Assembly (NCBI GenBank): GCA_013265495.1
Contig: MU057989.1
Span: 1,691,513-1,755,512, forward strand
DNA: 64,000 nucleotides
Reading direction: 5' to 3'
Origin: Vicugna vicugna
Lineage: Eukaryota
Part shown: piece after piece, positions 11,461 to 24,900 of the stretch
Layout: every line of letters starts with the position of its first letter
Numbering within the stretch: position 1 is the stretch's first letter
The notes under the pieces: generated by a model
The model's input: the letters and a program-made list of their open reading frames with translations, nothing else
Told to the model about the DNA's origin: nothing
The model's database searches: none
Program-made: the position numbers and the translations under genes

Positions 11461-14400
11461 CTTGTTATAAAATATCTGATACTTTTCTTTCAGTCTACTA
11501 CTCTTTATATTTAATTAATTTACTAAAAAGGGGAACTTGCTCTCCCCTTTGCAAACAGAAAACCAGAAGCCCTTGCCATCAGTGGAGGTAACTGTCAATA
11601 TAAATTCCATGGAAATAAAATGGCAGCATTAAGTTCTAGCTGGACACTCGGCCATCTGCACATGTTGAGCCGGAGCCCTGTCCTCTCCTGCTTAAAAGCA
11701 GAGCTTGGCACGTACTGCAGCCAACTTAGAGCGGAGCTAACACCAAGCTAAGACCTCCTGGGTGCTAAGACCTCTCTGAGAGAGACCTGAAATCAGAACA
11801 GCTTTCTCACTCGGTCTTTCCATGTTCTCTCCGGTCACATCTGTCAGCATCGCTCCTCCCTACCCATAGAAATCACATCACAGACCACTCTGGCAAATGC
11901 TACTGTGGGAGTGAAGACCTTGGCTCTGGAACCAGATGTGGGTTCTGGCTGTGAGACTTGGCCAAGCTGCTGTCCCTCTCTGTGCCTCAGCTTCCCGCTG
12001 TCAGACGGAATAACTGCACCTTTCCCAGTAGGGGGTTGGGAATGGGGGTGAGGTTATGCAGGCACAGAGCCAGGCACCTGGTAAATCTCACAAAAGTTCA
12101 TGATTAGAGTTGTTTAAGGAGACTTACTGATCATTGTCCAACTCTGACTTTGTTTTTTTTTTTCTTTAAACAAAGGAAGACACAAAGACCAGAGAGGGAA
12201 AGCAACTTGGCCAATGTCACACAGCCAGACAGCGATGGTCAAGATTAGCAGTCAGTAACCCCAGTCTCCATCAAAGATCCTTTTATACCTGATTCCACAG
12301 TGGGTCCTGAGCAGCTAAGCACCCAGAAGTATCATTCCACCCACACGCAAGCACTTACTGTGTGCCAGGCCCAGTACTGCACACAGACACGGCCTCGCCC
12401 TCTGAGAGTTCATCCCCAGACTGGGAGGAAAACAGCATTTACAGAAATAGTCATGAGACTGAGGCAGGCACGACCAGGGGAGCATCCTGACTGGCTGGGT
12501 GAGGATAAGGGTGGTCAACGAAGGCTTCCTGGAGGAGGTGGTGGTGCCTGGGTTCTGAAGGATGAAGAGGAGTCTGGGGTTTGTGGGCAGAAGGCTCCAA
12601 TGAAGAGAGGCCACAGAAGAGGCAGGTCCTATGCGTGTCCCTTGGGTGGGCCAGGGCAGGGCTCTTGACCCTTAAGCAGAAGAGGCCACCAGCTCTTCAG
12701 AGTGGAACTCCTCAAATCAAGGCCTGGGACCTATCTATTGTGATGTGAAGCATTCAGGTTCCCAAACCCTAACCCAGACCCTCTGAATCTGGATCTCCAG
12801 AGCATGACCCAAGAAGCTGTATTATTCCTGCTATAAATTTTATAATTGAACCCTCCAGGGTTTCAGGGCCAACACTGCAGATATACTGGTGTTGGGGGAG
12901 TTGGAGCGGGGTGCAGAAACAGGCCAGCAAACAGAAGCTATGAGTCTGTCCAACCATGTCCCAAAACTTGGCTGAGCATCTGCCATGTGCCAGGCCTGGA
13001 CACACAGGAACTGGGGGAGGGGACGTGGGAAGGAGGGGAGTCTTAGGGAACAAGACCCGGGCCACACTCTCTGCAAAGTCAACCAAAGAGGGAGTCTTTC
13101 TCAAAGTGGGGTCCCAGGAACCCCAGTCCTGTAAATTACTCCTGAAATGAAGGCTTTGTCAGTCAAGGGGGTTAGGAAAACCCAATCCCTCAATACATTC
13201 ATGAGCCAGTAAAGGCTCTGAGAAGTCCTGCAGTGGAGAAAGCTGTTATTTAGTGGAGTGTCCAGGAAAGCTCAGAAAAGGAGACTGTTGATGGAGGATC
13301 TGGGTGAGAAGGGGGAAGGCTGCCAGGTCATGGGCCGACCCCCATCGCCCACATCCCAGGCTGGGCAGACCCCATGGGGACTGTGAGCACTTCTGCCCCT
13401 CAGCCCTACCCCAGCCACTCACCCTCAGCCTGGCCTCACCAGTCAAACGTGGTGAGTCTCTGCCCAAATATTTAACCCATGACGGTTTGGGCCACGACTG
13501 GGAACCTGCGGGGTGGGTCAGGTGGGGGACTTTGTTCCCTTGGGGCTCAGCCCGGCCCCACCTCAGGGCAAGGCCAGCTCCCAAACCAGCCCCCTCACTG
13601 GCTGGGTGGGGCAGGTTCAAGGAAAGTGACTTCTGGACTCCTCCCTGGCCCGCCCATTATTCCAGCTGAAGCCCAGCACCAGAAGGGACCCGGGGTGAGG
13701 GGACAGCCAGCCCCAGGGACCTGGCAGTCCTGCTGGAGATCAAAGGACAGCTCAGCAGGAGCTTATGGTCAGACAGGCGTGGGTTCCAAGTCCTGTTAGG
13801 CCACTTACTGCTTGGACCATCCCAGGCAAGCACCTCACCCTTAAGACGCCTCAGTCTCTCCACCTGTCACCTGGGGGTGACAGCTGAGTCATCATGGTAA
13901 TTTGACACTTACTGAACACATCTCACCAGACAGCAGACACGTTCATGGGCACTACCTTGACAGCATCCTCACACTAACCCCTGGGGAAGGTTTGTCTGCC
14001 CTTTTAGAGATGAGGCAACCAAGGCTCAGAGATGTCAAGGCACCTGCCCAGGGTCACACAGCTTATGAATGGGAGCCAGGATCGTCTCCTCAGACAGTCT
14101 TGCTCTAGCGGCCACATGATCAAACACTGGGTTACAGCTAGCTACTCACAGAGGTGCAGAGAAAATTACGTGAGCCAACGTATAGCAACCACCACCATCA
14201 CCACAGTAGTATGAGCTCACATTTACTTTCTATAGCCAGGCTCCCTTCTCACTTCTTAATCTTCATTACAACCTCAGGTAGGTGGTGGCCAAGTGGGTAA
14301 TCAATCATATAATTATCTCCACTTTACTGATGTGAAAATCGAGGACCAGAGAGGTTCAGTAACTTTCCCAAAGTCACACAGTAGTTAAATGTCAGAGCCA

Positions 14401-14519
14401 GAATTCTAACCCAGGCAGGCCCCAGAGACCAGGCTGGTTAACAACACCACGTGACAGTCCTGCTGGGCTGCCACCCCACCACAGGTGCTCAACAGATTCA
14501 CTTAAAGGCCACATGCCCC

Positions 14520-15245
14520 AAACCCCAATGGGATACCATTGCTCACCCACTAGGATGGCAATAATCAAATACACAGTAACAACTGTTGGCAAGGATGTGG
14601 AGAAATCAGAACCCACACACACTGCTGGCCGGACTGTAAAACGGTACAGCCACTTTGGAAAACAGTCTTAAAGTTTCTCAAAAAGTTACACATCAAGGTG
14701 CCTGCGACCCAGCAATTCTACCTGACATCTGCCCAAGAGAGATGAAAACACAGGTCCACACAAAGACTTGTACACAAATGTTCACAGCAGCGCTACTTAC
14801 AAGAGACAGAAAGTGGAAACAACATGGTCAACTAACGAATAGATACAATGTGGACCATGCACAGAATGGGATAAAATTCTGCCAAAAATGAATGCAATGC
14901 TGATACACACTACAGTACGGGGAAACCCTGAAACCACAATGCTAAGTGAAAGAAGCCAGACACAAAAGCTCACATATGGAATGATTCCACTTACATAAAA
15001 TGCCTAGAATAGCAAATTCATAGAAGCAGAAAGTAGATTCATGGTGGCCAGGGGCTGGGGTAGGGTTGGGGATTAGGTGGGGAGTGAGTGCTAAAGGGTG
15101 TGGGTTTCTTTCTAAGGCGATGAAATGCTCTAAAATTGATTATAGTGATGGATGATAATTCAGTGACTATACTAAAAACCACTGAATTGTACACTTTAAA
15201 TGAGTGAATTCTATGGTATGTGAGTTATATCTCAAAGCTGTTACC
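14520..15245 (+). mobile_element. Old L1MB-like 3' end
   Basis: tgttggcaaggatgtggagaaatcagaaccc...ctaagtgaaagaagccagacacaaaag...cactgaattgtacactttaaa. Confidence 0.85.
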
Positions 15246-16598
15246 AAAAACATTGGCAAGTGCCATTTAAAAGTGATAGGGGTTTCCTTCTTCCCCCACC
15301 CCCTTGAATGGGTCCCGCCTTTTATCCTGTTTTCCGTGGAGGCTGGGACAGCTCCAGGTTATGCCCAGCTGCCTGGAAGATGCTGGTTAACACTCAACAG
15401 AGGGCTGACCATGTGCCCGGCTGGTGCCAAGCAAATCACAGAGAGATTAGCTCATTTAATCCTAACACCCCTTGAAGTAGCACTGTTTTCCCACTTTACA
15501 GATGGGGAAACAGAGGCACGGAGCAACTAGATAACTTGGCCCCGGTCCCACTGCCAGAAAGCGGGGTGGAGCTGGGATTCCAATCCAGGCCTGTGGAGCA
15601 CAGTCTCAGCACTTCTGCCTTTTGGGTTTGGAGTCCTGAATGAGAGGCCCCAAAGGGTCCTGCATTCCCCACCCCCATCCAGCTGGCCACAGGAGCGGAC
15701 CTGTGTCCCCTTGAGAGCTGCAGAGCCCTGTGCCAGGAGCACAGGAATGCGGGCAGGTCGGGCACCAGCAGGGAGGGGGCGCAGATCCCAAGAGGGCCGG
15801 GAACTGGCTGGGCCGGTCCAGCTTTTCACCTCGCTAGTGAGCTGCACCAAGGCAGCCAGAAGAGGCCCCTGGGGACCGCCAGCCCGACAGATGGAGGCCC
15901 AGATCCAGCCCTTCCCTCTCAACCTCTTCTCAGTCCTGTCCCAGCCACGGACACGAAAGTCTCCTGGCTGAGCCAAGAAAGCTGAGATGCCCCTGCCCAC
16001 CTTAGAGAAGGGAAGGGACCAGGGAGGCAGATCAAAGTGACACGCTGGGAGAAGGACATATCCAGCCTCCCTCCATTTACTCAGGAGTTTAACACAGACA
16101 TAGGTGCTGAGGGCAGTGGCCAAGGGCACTAGAAGGTGCCCCTGAAGTCATCCAGCCCCACCTGCTCATTACACAGATGGGCAGACAGAGGCCCTCTGAA
16201 GTGAAGGCACCCGCCCAAGGTCACACAGGGGGCAGCTGGTGTCTGGAGCCAGACAGGGTTCAAATCCTGACTGCACCAAACATCGGTGTAAACTTGGAGG
16301 AGCTACTTTATATTTCTGGGCCTCAGTTTTATCATCTGTCAAATGGGCGAGATGCATCTTATGTAGGTAAGTGAAGTGGGCAGGGAAAGGGAAGGGTCAG
16401 AGTCAGTTCCGGAAACACTAGAATCAGGTTTCAAAGACCAGTCTGGGACTCGAGGACTGAATTGGAGGTTCAGAGCAGCCTCTGGGGACCCAAAAGCAGA
16501 TTAGACATCATGTAACTTCACGAGAGGGGTGGCCCTGGTTTCACCAGTGCCTAAAACAGTGCATGGCACTCCAGACACACTCCACAAATACTCATTCT

Positions 16599-16728
16599 TT
16601 TTTTTATAAGTGTTTTGGGGGGGTGGTAATTAGGTTTATTTATTTTTAGAGGAGGTACTGGGGATTGAACCTAGGACCTCCTGCATGCTAAGCATGTGCT
16701 CTACCACTCTGAGCTATACCCTCCCCCA
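16599..16728 (-). mobile_element. tRNA-derived SINE (vic-1-like)
   Basis: ggaggtactggggattgaacctaggacctcctgcatgctaagcatgtgctctaccactctgagctataccctcccc; TSD caaata(c/t)tcattct. Confidence 0.85.
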
Positions 16729-19700
16729 ACAAATATTCATTCTAATCACCTAGCACACTGTAGGGGCCCCATAAATGGTGACATTGACCATTCATTCACA
16801 AAACATATGTTCACTGCGCTTTTACTCCCCACAGGGCTTGCCATTCACAACAAAGCTGACCCCTTATGTTGCCTTCTGGTCTGTGCATGGGGTTCCGCTT
16901 TGGACCGCCTTTCTCTCCTGGGGACCCCTGCTTGCCAGTGGCGCCTGGTCTTGTAAAATAGGTTCCTTCTAAAAAACAGTAACTTCACAGCACCAAGGAC
17001 AGCAAGGTGAACACTTCCAGGGAGGAGGCACATCCATGCAGTGGAATCCTGCATGGAGGACATGTCCCTCCTGCAAAACCCTCCCCAGTGTCGCACAACC
17101 TCCGCCTCCTGGCTGGAAGCCAGCAGACAAACCCAAGCTGGGGGTGTTGTACAAAACACTTAACCAGACTTCACCAAGTGTCCAGGTCACAAAAGACAAG
17201 ACTGAGGAACTGGCAGGCAGGAAGAGACAAGGGAGACATGACGGGGGACAGAAGACAACCTGGGGTCCTGAACAGAAAGAGGACATTGCGGGGACTGAGG
17301 AGACAGAATAAAGTTCATAGTTTAGTGTTTTTTTTTTTTAAAGGTTCCATCTAGATTTTCAGGATTCCCAGTAAACCCCTGTAGGAGTGGATGCTTCTTG
17401 GTGATGATGGGGTGTCCAGGATGCCCACCTGTGTACAGGTGGGGTGGTGGGGAGCTGTGGCCCGAGAGCCCACCTGGTAAAAGCTGATGGGGACCCAGGA
17501 TTCATCCCCAGAAATGGCCCTCTCACCCCAGCCCAGGCTGTGGTCACGGGACGCGAATGGGTTTCACAAGTCAGGTAGAGTCACACCCAGAAGACTAGGG
17601 CTATTTCTCTTGAGAATCCACCCTTGTTTTCTTTTCCGGGCCTGAGGAAGCTGGAGCCTGGGGAGGGTCCAGGAAGGTCCAGGAGGGCCCAGGTCCCACC
17701 CGAGGCACAAAAAGGGCCCCTGTTTACTAAACCTGGTACAAGAAGGGAAAAGGGGGTGCAGACTGGCCGAGGGGCTGCCTGGGGCCACCTCGGAGCCCCA
17801 GGCTGGGTTTGAGGACACACAGGGACAAACAATGGCTTTCTGGGTCTGAGCCCACAGGCATCAGCCTGGAACAGACGTCTCTTTGTGTCTCAGGATGTAC
17901 TCCGAGTGTTGGAAATTTGAGGAGATGGCTCGGGAGCCTCAAGTGGTATCAGGTACCCTCACTGGGTCACCAGGAGTTAGAAACTCAACACACAGCCCGA
18001 CCTGCCTTGCAGGTGGCCACTCACAGCCCAGGAGGTCAGCTACAAAGTGGGGATCTGGGACTGGAACCCAGTGCTGTGATGTCGGGCGCAAGGGGCTGGC
18101 CCAGGACAGCCTGTGGTCTGGTCAGTGACCAGAGAGGCAGGGACAGACATCGCTCCCGGGTCACCCAGACTCTGAGGATGCTCCACACGGTAAAGAAGGA
18201 GCATACAGGCGTCTCGGGGGACCCTCACCCCACCCGCTGCTAGTCACCTCTTCTTGCTTTGGTTTTGTGTGTGGAGTCCCTTGCCCTTTCCCATGGTGTA
18301 GCTGTGTTGCAGCATAACCAGGGGTTAAGTATCCAGACCAAAGGCAGGCAGCCCGGATGCGCAACCTGAATCAGTCCTTATTAAGCTGTCAATGATTGAG
18401 CCTTTCTGAGCCTCAGGTTCCCCATGTGTCACTGGGGGTCATGGCCACCTGCACCCCACAGGGCTAGGGCGTGGTTAATTGAGAAAGCAGACACAAAGTG
18501 TTGCCCCTGGGGAGCCCAGTCTCTCTCTTTCCACCTGGAGTCACCATGCAGGGATTTGGACTCCTTTTAAGGAACTGATGAAGGCCAGAAGCCACAGCCG
18601 CATGTCAGAACCCACGAGCACCAGGAAGCTAAAAAAGGACCCCAGGCTGCCCACACCATCCACACTGATCCTCGTGCAAGCCCAGACACACGCTGCTTCC
18701 GCCTTGCAGATGTCACCTCGCCCGGGAGTGGGGAATTCACAAGCAGCCTCAGTATTTGGAAATGTCTCCTCCAACTCCTGCAGGGAGAGGCCATGACCGG
18801 ATACAGGTGATGAGGCTGCAGGGAGGACCCGGATCCCAGGCCTGGGTTTGGGCTAAGGATCAGGTCACTAAGATTGGGGATTTGAGGGGTTCAAGGTGTT
18901 TCTACCATGGGGTTTGCTGCTTTGAGAACTCTCTGCTATCTGCAGCAGAGAAACCACAGAGGGGGAGGGGAGGGAGGGCCCATCTACCTGGTTGTTCATG
19001 CAGAGCCTCGAAAACCACCCCAGATCCCCACCTCTACCCTTCCCTGGTTCCACCGGGGAACAGAGCCCTGTGCTTCCCTCCACCCTCTGGCCTTAAGGTC
19101 TTCACCTTGATCAAGGTCACCACCTCTCACTTGGACCAATGCAACAGCCACTCCCAACCATCTCCCTGCACCCCAGCTCTCACTGCCCCCAGCCAGCTTC
19201 TGAACATTTGTCAGAGATCTTTCAATGATGCAGCCAAGTTCTTCAAAGCCTGGCACGTGGTTTACACTCACAGGACATCTCGGTTCGTTCTAAGCACATC
19301 TCATGTGGCTAGTGATGGACAAATAGGGCGGCATGGTTCTGGGTGATTCCGGGGCCTCTGGACCGCTCTGCTCCAAGTCCACAGGGACTGCAGCCCACTG
19401 TGATGAACCTGATGGATGCCTGGGGTATCTACCTGCCTTGTTCAGTGCCCAGTACCTAGGGACACTTAATAAATGGTCATTTCTTTTGCTGCCTACCACT
19501 TTCCCACCAGACCCACACAGGCTGGCCAGACACCAGCCCCAGGCTGGGTCTCATCTATGGGTCTCTGGCTGCCTGACTTGAAAACAATCCAGGGCTCCCA
19601 CCTGTGCCTGACAGAGCATGGTACCTGGGTGTGCAGTGCCAGGGCATGCAGACCACAGCCCCACACCCTTTCCCCCTGCCCCTGGAGCTGCACCATCCTT

Positions 19701-21659
19701 GCCCGTGGCCATGGGGCAGAGCCAGGGGTAATGGCTCCAGCCATCCCTCCCTCCTGCCTGGAAGAACGGCCTCTTTCCTGACCACAAAGGGGCCGCAGAC
19801 CCACCATAAGCCCCACCCCAGCTGTCGCTGCCTGCCCAGACCTGTCCTGTGCCCTGTTGGTCACAGCCCAACCTGCTCTCTTTCGTGTGTAGAGATGGGA
19901 ACTGGCAGGGACAAGGTGTGTCTGATGGGGACGGCCCTTCCTCCCTGGCTAGGGCCACCTCACCTTCCAGGCCTGAGTCAATCGTCGTGTTCTGGCCCTT
20001 GATCACGTCTACACGTCCTCCCTTTTGGGGTTAGTTCGGTTTCTAAGGGTTCGAGCAGGAGAGCAGAAGGATCAGCCTTGGAATGCCTGGAATGCACAGG
20101 AGCCCACACCTCTGCCCTGGAACCAGCAGACAGCCTCGCCCCTCCTGGAGCCCGGGAGGGGCCTGGCCTTCTCCCTGCTATGGTCATCCTCTTGTGGGCC
20201 CTGCCTGCCTCCACGGCCAGCCAGGGCCTAAGCAGCTCCCTGGGGACCTCCAAGCCTGGGGGACGCTCATCCTGGGTGCTAGGTGGCCCCCAGCCCCCAC
20301 CTTCTGGACTGGGCTGAAAAAGCAAAGGCTGTCACTCCCAGACACCCGTTCTGTCCCTGACACAAAGGCACACACAGTACGTGCAGGAAGTGATAGCCGA
20401 ATATGAACAAATCACCCTGAGAGGACCCCTAGGTGCCCGTCGCCCGCTCAGCCTTTTCCTGCATCATCCACTGAAACCTCGCAGCCCTGGGAGAAAGGCA
20501 GCCTGAGTCATCGGGGTACTTTTCTTAATCCTGCCTATTACGCTATAAACTTTTGGAGAATAAGGACTTACTCATCTTTTTGGGTGCCTTCTTTGGAGGC
20601 CTTAATTCCAGTCCTTGCACAGGCTTGGGGCTCAATAAGTAGGTGTGGAGTTGAGCAGACACTTAATAGCGCATAAACAAGTCCTGATTCCTGTCTCCCC
20701 ATTTTCCAGATGAAGATAACTGAGGCTCAAAGGGGTTAAGAAACCTACCCAAGGTCACGCATTGGGAAGTGGTCATGCCAAGATTTGAAAGGTGCCAGAG
20801 CCACTTCCTCAGAACAAGGCGGCTGCCAATACTATTCCACAAAGTGACAGGGAGACATCAGGGGACAGGACAGAGTGGCAAGGTGTTCACCACCCAGGGG
20901 AGGCACAGTGATTTACATCTTGTTGGCATCTTCATCAGTACAATTAATCCCAGTGGTTGGGTAACAATTGGTGGTGGAAACTGAGGGTGAGTCATTCTCC
21001 TAAGATGCCACCATGAGGGCCTCCTAGCCTGTCCCTCTGACCAGGCCATTGAGGGGAAGGAACTGGCAGGAGGGAGCTCCTCCCTGGGCCATGCCTGACA
21101 CACCTTCCGCTTTGATCTTAAACAGGCCATCATCAAGGTTGGTGTTATTACTGCTTCCTGTGAAGATAAAGAAACTGAGCCTGGGGAGGAGGGAGACTTG
21201 CCTGGGGCCAGAAGGTTAGTAAGTGTCTATGCTGGTGACTGCTGCCACCTCTGCCAGTTCTCCAGATCTTCAATATTTCTAGATATTCAATAATTGCTGA
21301 ATAAATTTTCCCCTCCACCCCCCACTCCTTGTCATCTCTCTGCCCATCTTACAGGGCCTGGGGACAAGCCCTTCTCCATTACCACGTCCCTGGAGACAGG
21401 AGTTGTCAACGTGCTTCAAAATGTCTGCTCAATTAACACCTATTTATTGAGCCCCAAGCCTGGGCAAGGGCTGCTATTAAGGGGTATGGAAGAGTCCCCC
21501 CAAAAGATGAGTAAGTCCTTATTGTCCAAAGGTTTATGGCTTAATAGGCAGGATTAAGAAAAGCACCCCGATGACTACAAAGATCCAGATCACCTGCATC
21601 ACAGTGTTTTCATCCAGTCTGCCCCATTCAAGTCTTGTATCCTAACTTAATTGTGAAAA

Positions 21660-21990
21660 TATAGCTTAGTCCAAGATAATGCAGCAAAAGAGAAAAAAGG
21701 AAACAAAGAGAAAGCATAATAAACAGAAAATACAAAATAATGTGGCAGGAGTTGGTCCAAACACATCAGTCATTACAATAAATGTAAATGAGTTAAACTC
21801 ACCTGCTAAAAGATGACTCTCAGGTGAGACCACAAAAGCAAAACAAAAACCAGCTCTATGCCATTTTATAAGGCATGTACCAAAACCAAAACAACACAGG
21901 AAAGTTGAGAATAAAGGAATAGAGTGTGACACACCAGGTGACTGCTGCTGGAAAGGAAAAGCAAAGTGCACATAACTCGGATGAAACAGA
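21660..21990 (+). mobile_element. Old L1 fragment around ORF2 start
   Basis: cagtcattacaataaatgtaaatgagttaaactcacctgctaaaaga...ccagctctatgcc. Confidence 0.65.
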
Positions 21991-24900
21991 GCAGGGCAAT
22001 CAGTGTAAACAAGGGATTCACATCCCTGGCTGCACATCAGAAGACTGAAGTCTGGACCTGCTCCAAGGTTCTGACTTGGTCTGCAGCAGGAACTGGACAT
22101 CACTTTTAAAGCTGAGATGTTCTAATGTGCAGGCAAGGCTGGGAACAAGGAAAGGAACCACAGTCTTGTGGTACGGGGTTAGGGGAACAGATTGAGGAAG
22201 AGTCTTCAGGTCCCTGCAGGAAGGAAGTCTTATAGGAAGCAGTACCCAGGAAGCACCCAGACTGACTGGTAAACTGGCTGAGAGGCTCCCTGCTGGGAAC
22301 TTCCGTGGTAATTAGACAGTAAACTCCTCCACGCCCAGCTGCTAATCCTGGGGAAGTAGATCCTAAACTGAGAGGGCTGCTGGTGTAGAAACTGAGGCTC
22401 TGTTTTATGGTCTACACCATTTCCGCCCAGGGAAGGCCACCCTGCCTCGGGGACCTTGTGTCAGGCATGCTTTTGGGCTTCCATTACAGACACTCACAGA
22501 AGTTCAAGCCACCTCAGGGAACGCCAAGGCATGTCTTGAAGATTTTTGCAAGGTTTAAGTGGGGCTCAAACCAATCTCGACACTCCGGTTATTAGGACAT
22601 TCTGGGTTCGAGACCAGTGGACCAAGAGCACTGGCCTCCATTTATGAAGCAACTTCTATGTGCCTGATGCTTTACACACATCATCTCCAATCCTCTCCAC
22701 AATCCTATGCGCCTCTAATTTGCAGATCAAAATGGACCTCCCACCACTGCTTACTGAGCCCCTGCTATGTGCTAGGCCCCGATCTGGGGGTGTGGGATTG
22801 GCCACCTGCAAGCCTGCAAGATCCCTGCCTTCATGAATTCCAAAGAGGAGCAGAAACGTGGCCGCAGCACAGCTGACAAGAGGCACAGCTGGGAGGCAGG
22901 TCCACAACTCCCACACCCAGGCTCTTTCTACTCTACCCACCAAGCCCTCCATCCCTGTCCGTGGCCTCAGCTTCCATCAGTAACATGGGGGTTTGGTTGC
23001 TCAGTTTATAATCGGGAAGAGTCAAGCTCCTTATCTGGGACAGCAGGGCTGGAGTCCTCTCTGCTCTTGGTGGCACCAACTCAGCATCCTTCCTCAAACT
23101 TCAACTAGAACCAAAAAGTCCCCATGCCCAGGACAGAGAAGTAAAACCCTAAAAGCCATGAGTTTGAAATCTGAGCCCAGGCTGCTGGGGCAGCAAAGAA
23201 TTCTGCACGTGACTGTTTTCCTGCAGCCGCGCAGCCTCCCAGCCTCCCAGCCTCCCAGGGGCAGCGGGCAGCGGGCAGCGGGCAGTGGGTGGGGTGGAGC
23301 TACTGGCCAGCAAGCAGCCTGGTCTGCAGTTTGTGTTTATCTTACGATAAACGAGACCTGACAAATCCTCTGCCCAGGGAAGGATGGGCCGGGCATCCAG
23401 CTGGGACACCCCACCAGCCTGCTCCCCTGCTCCCCACTCAGAGCAGCTGAGACTCAGACTCTGAGCCTCACCAGAACAGAGAGACGAGGTGAGGAGGGGC
23501 TTACAGGGTAGTATTATCTAAGAAAGACAACGCAGTCATAATGTAGGGTGGTTGTTAAGAGCTGGGACCCAACCTCCGAGCCTCCCAAGTGTTCACACCT
23601 TTCCCCATTCCCCGCCTGTTGCCCCCCTGCCCCCCTTCTGAGACTCCGCGTGCCTCCCCATCCAGAGCCCTCCTGCTGGCCCCGCATTCTTGTCCCCAGG
23701 CCTTGGGCACCTTCCTCTCCTGAGGCCAGCTCCTCTTCCTCCCTCAGACCCCTTCTGTCCCTGCTGACTGGACTCACATGCAGGACTGTGGGCTTCCCTC
23801 CATGCTGTTCCTGCTGCCAGCTCCCCCGTCCATCCCCCCCCTCACCGTAAAAAACTTGAAAACTCTTGACCTAGCTCAAACATGCAGGAAAGTACCGAAA
23901 ACATTGTACCACCTGGACTTAGATGATGTTCCCATATGGCCAAATGTGCTTCAGATTTTGTTAAAAAAAAAATACAATGTTACCCTTCATTATCCCTTGA
24001 GCCCCTCCCCAGGGTAGGGTAATTTTGGAACTGCTAGTTTCTTCCTAAGCCTGTTTTAAACTTTCAGTACACATCCGTGTCTGCATCCAGAAACACTATA
24101 TGGAATTCCTTTGTATGAATGCTTTTTAAATGCACACAAATGTGCTCTCTGTGTCCTTTGTCAGTCTGCTTTGTTCACGCAACATGATGCCTTTGCAGGC
24201 TTGTGCTTGGGGACGCCCACCTCGCCCATCTCGAGCCCCTCGGTGCTCCCTCTTCACCCACCCCCTCCTCCAGAAGCCCCATTGCCTCCACTATCTCAGC
24301 ACTTATCTCCCCCATTGTTGCTGCCTGTGTACCGAGCACACAGAAGATGGGGGATGGAGGCAGGGGGTGGTAGGCTCTCGGCTCAGGTCCTCGAATTTCT
24401 TTCCACTAGATAGAAGCCCCACCCACCCACCCCACTTCTTGGTGGGGGTGTGTGTGTCTGCACCAGCGTGTGCTCCCGTGACGTTTCGTGGGGGAGGGGG
24501 AGAATGTTAGCGGTCCTCCATGGCTCACCCTCATTCATTCATTAATTCACTCACTCATTCAGCACATGGGCCGCCCCAGCCAGTTTCTGGGGGAGACATA
24601 CCTTCATCCCCATCAGGTGGGCCACCACGCAGAGTCAAATGGCACTGAGATTAAAGTGACAACGGAGATGGATGAGACAATGGAGGAGGTGGATCTGTCC
24701 CAGCAGAGAAGTTAGGGAGTTCTTCACGAGGGACAGACACCAACTGAGGAAGAGACGTGAGCGAAGAGGGGTGGGAAGAGCACTGCAGGCAGAAGGAACA
24801 GCATGAGTAAAGGCCAAGGGGCTGGAAACAGTACGGAAAGGAGAGAGTGAGCGGAAAGCGTTCAAGTTGTGCGAGGTGGCTGCTCCCAGGACCTGAGAGC

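Noticed and set aside
23259..23287. Short (GGGCAGC)4 tandem repeat
   Set aside because: Ordinary slippage repeat; no spacer structure or other sign of function.
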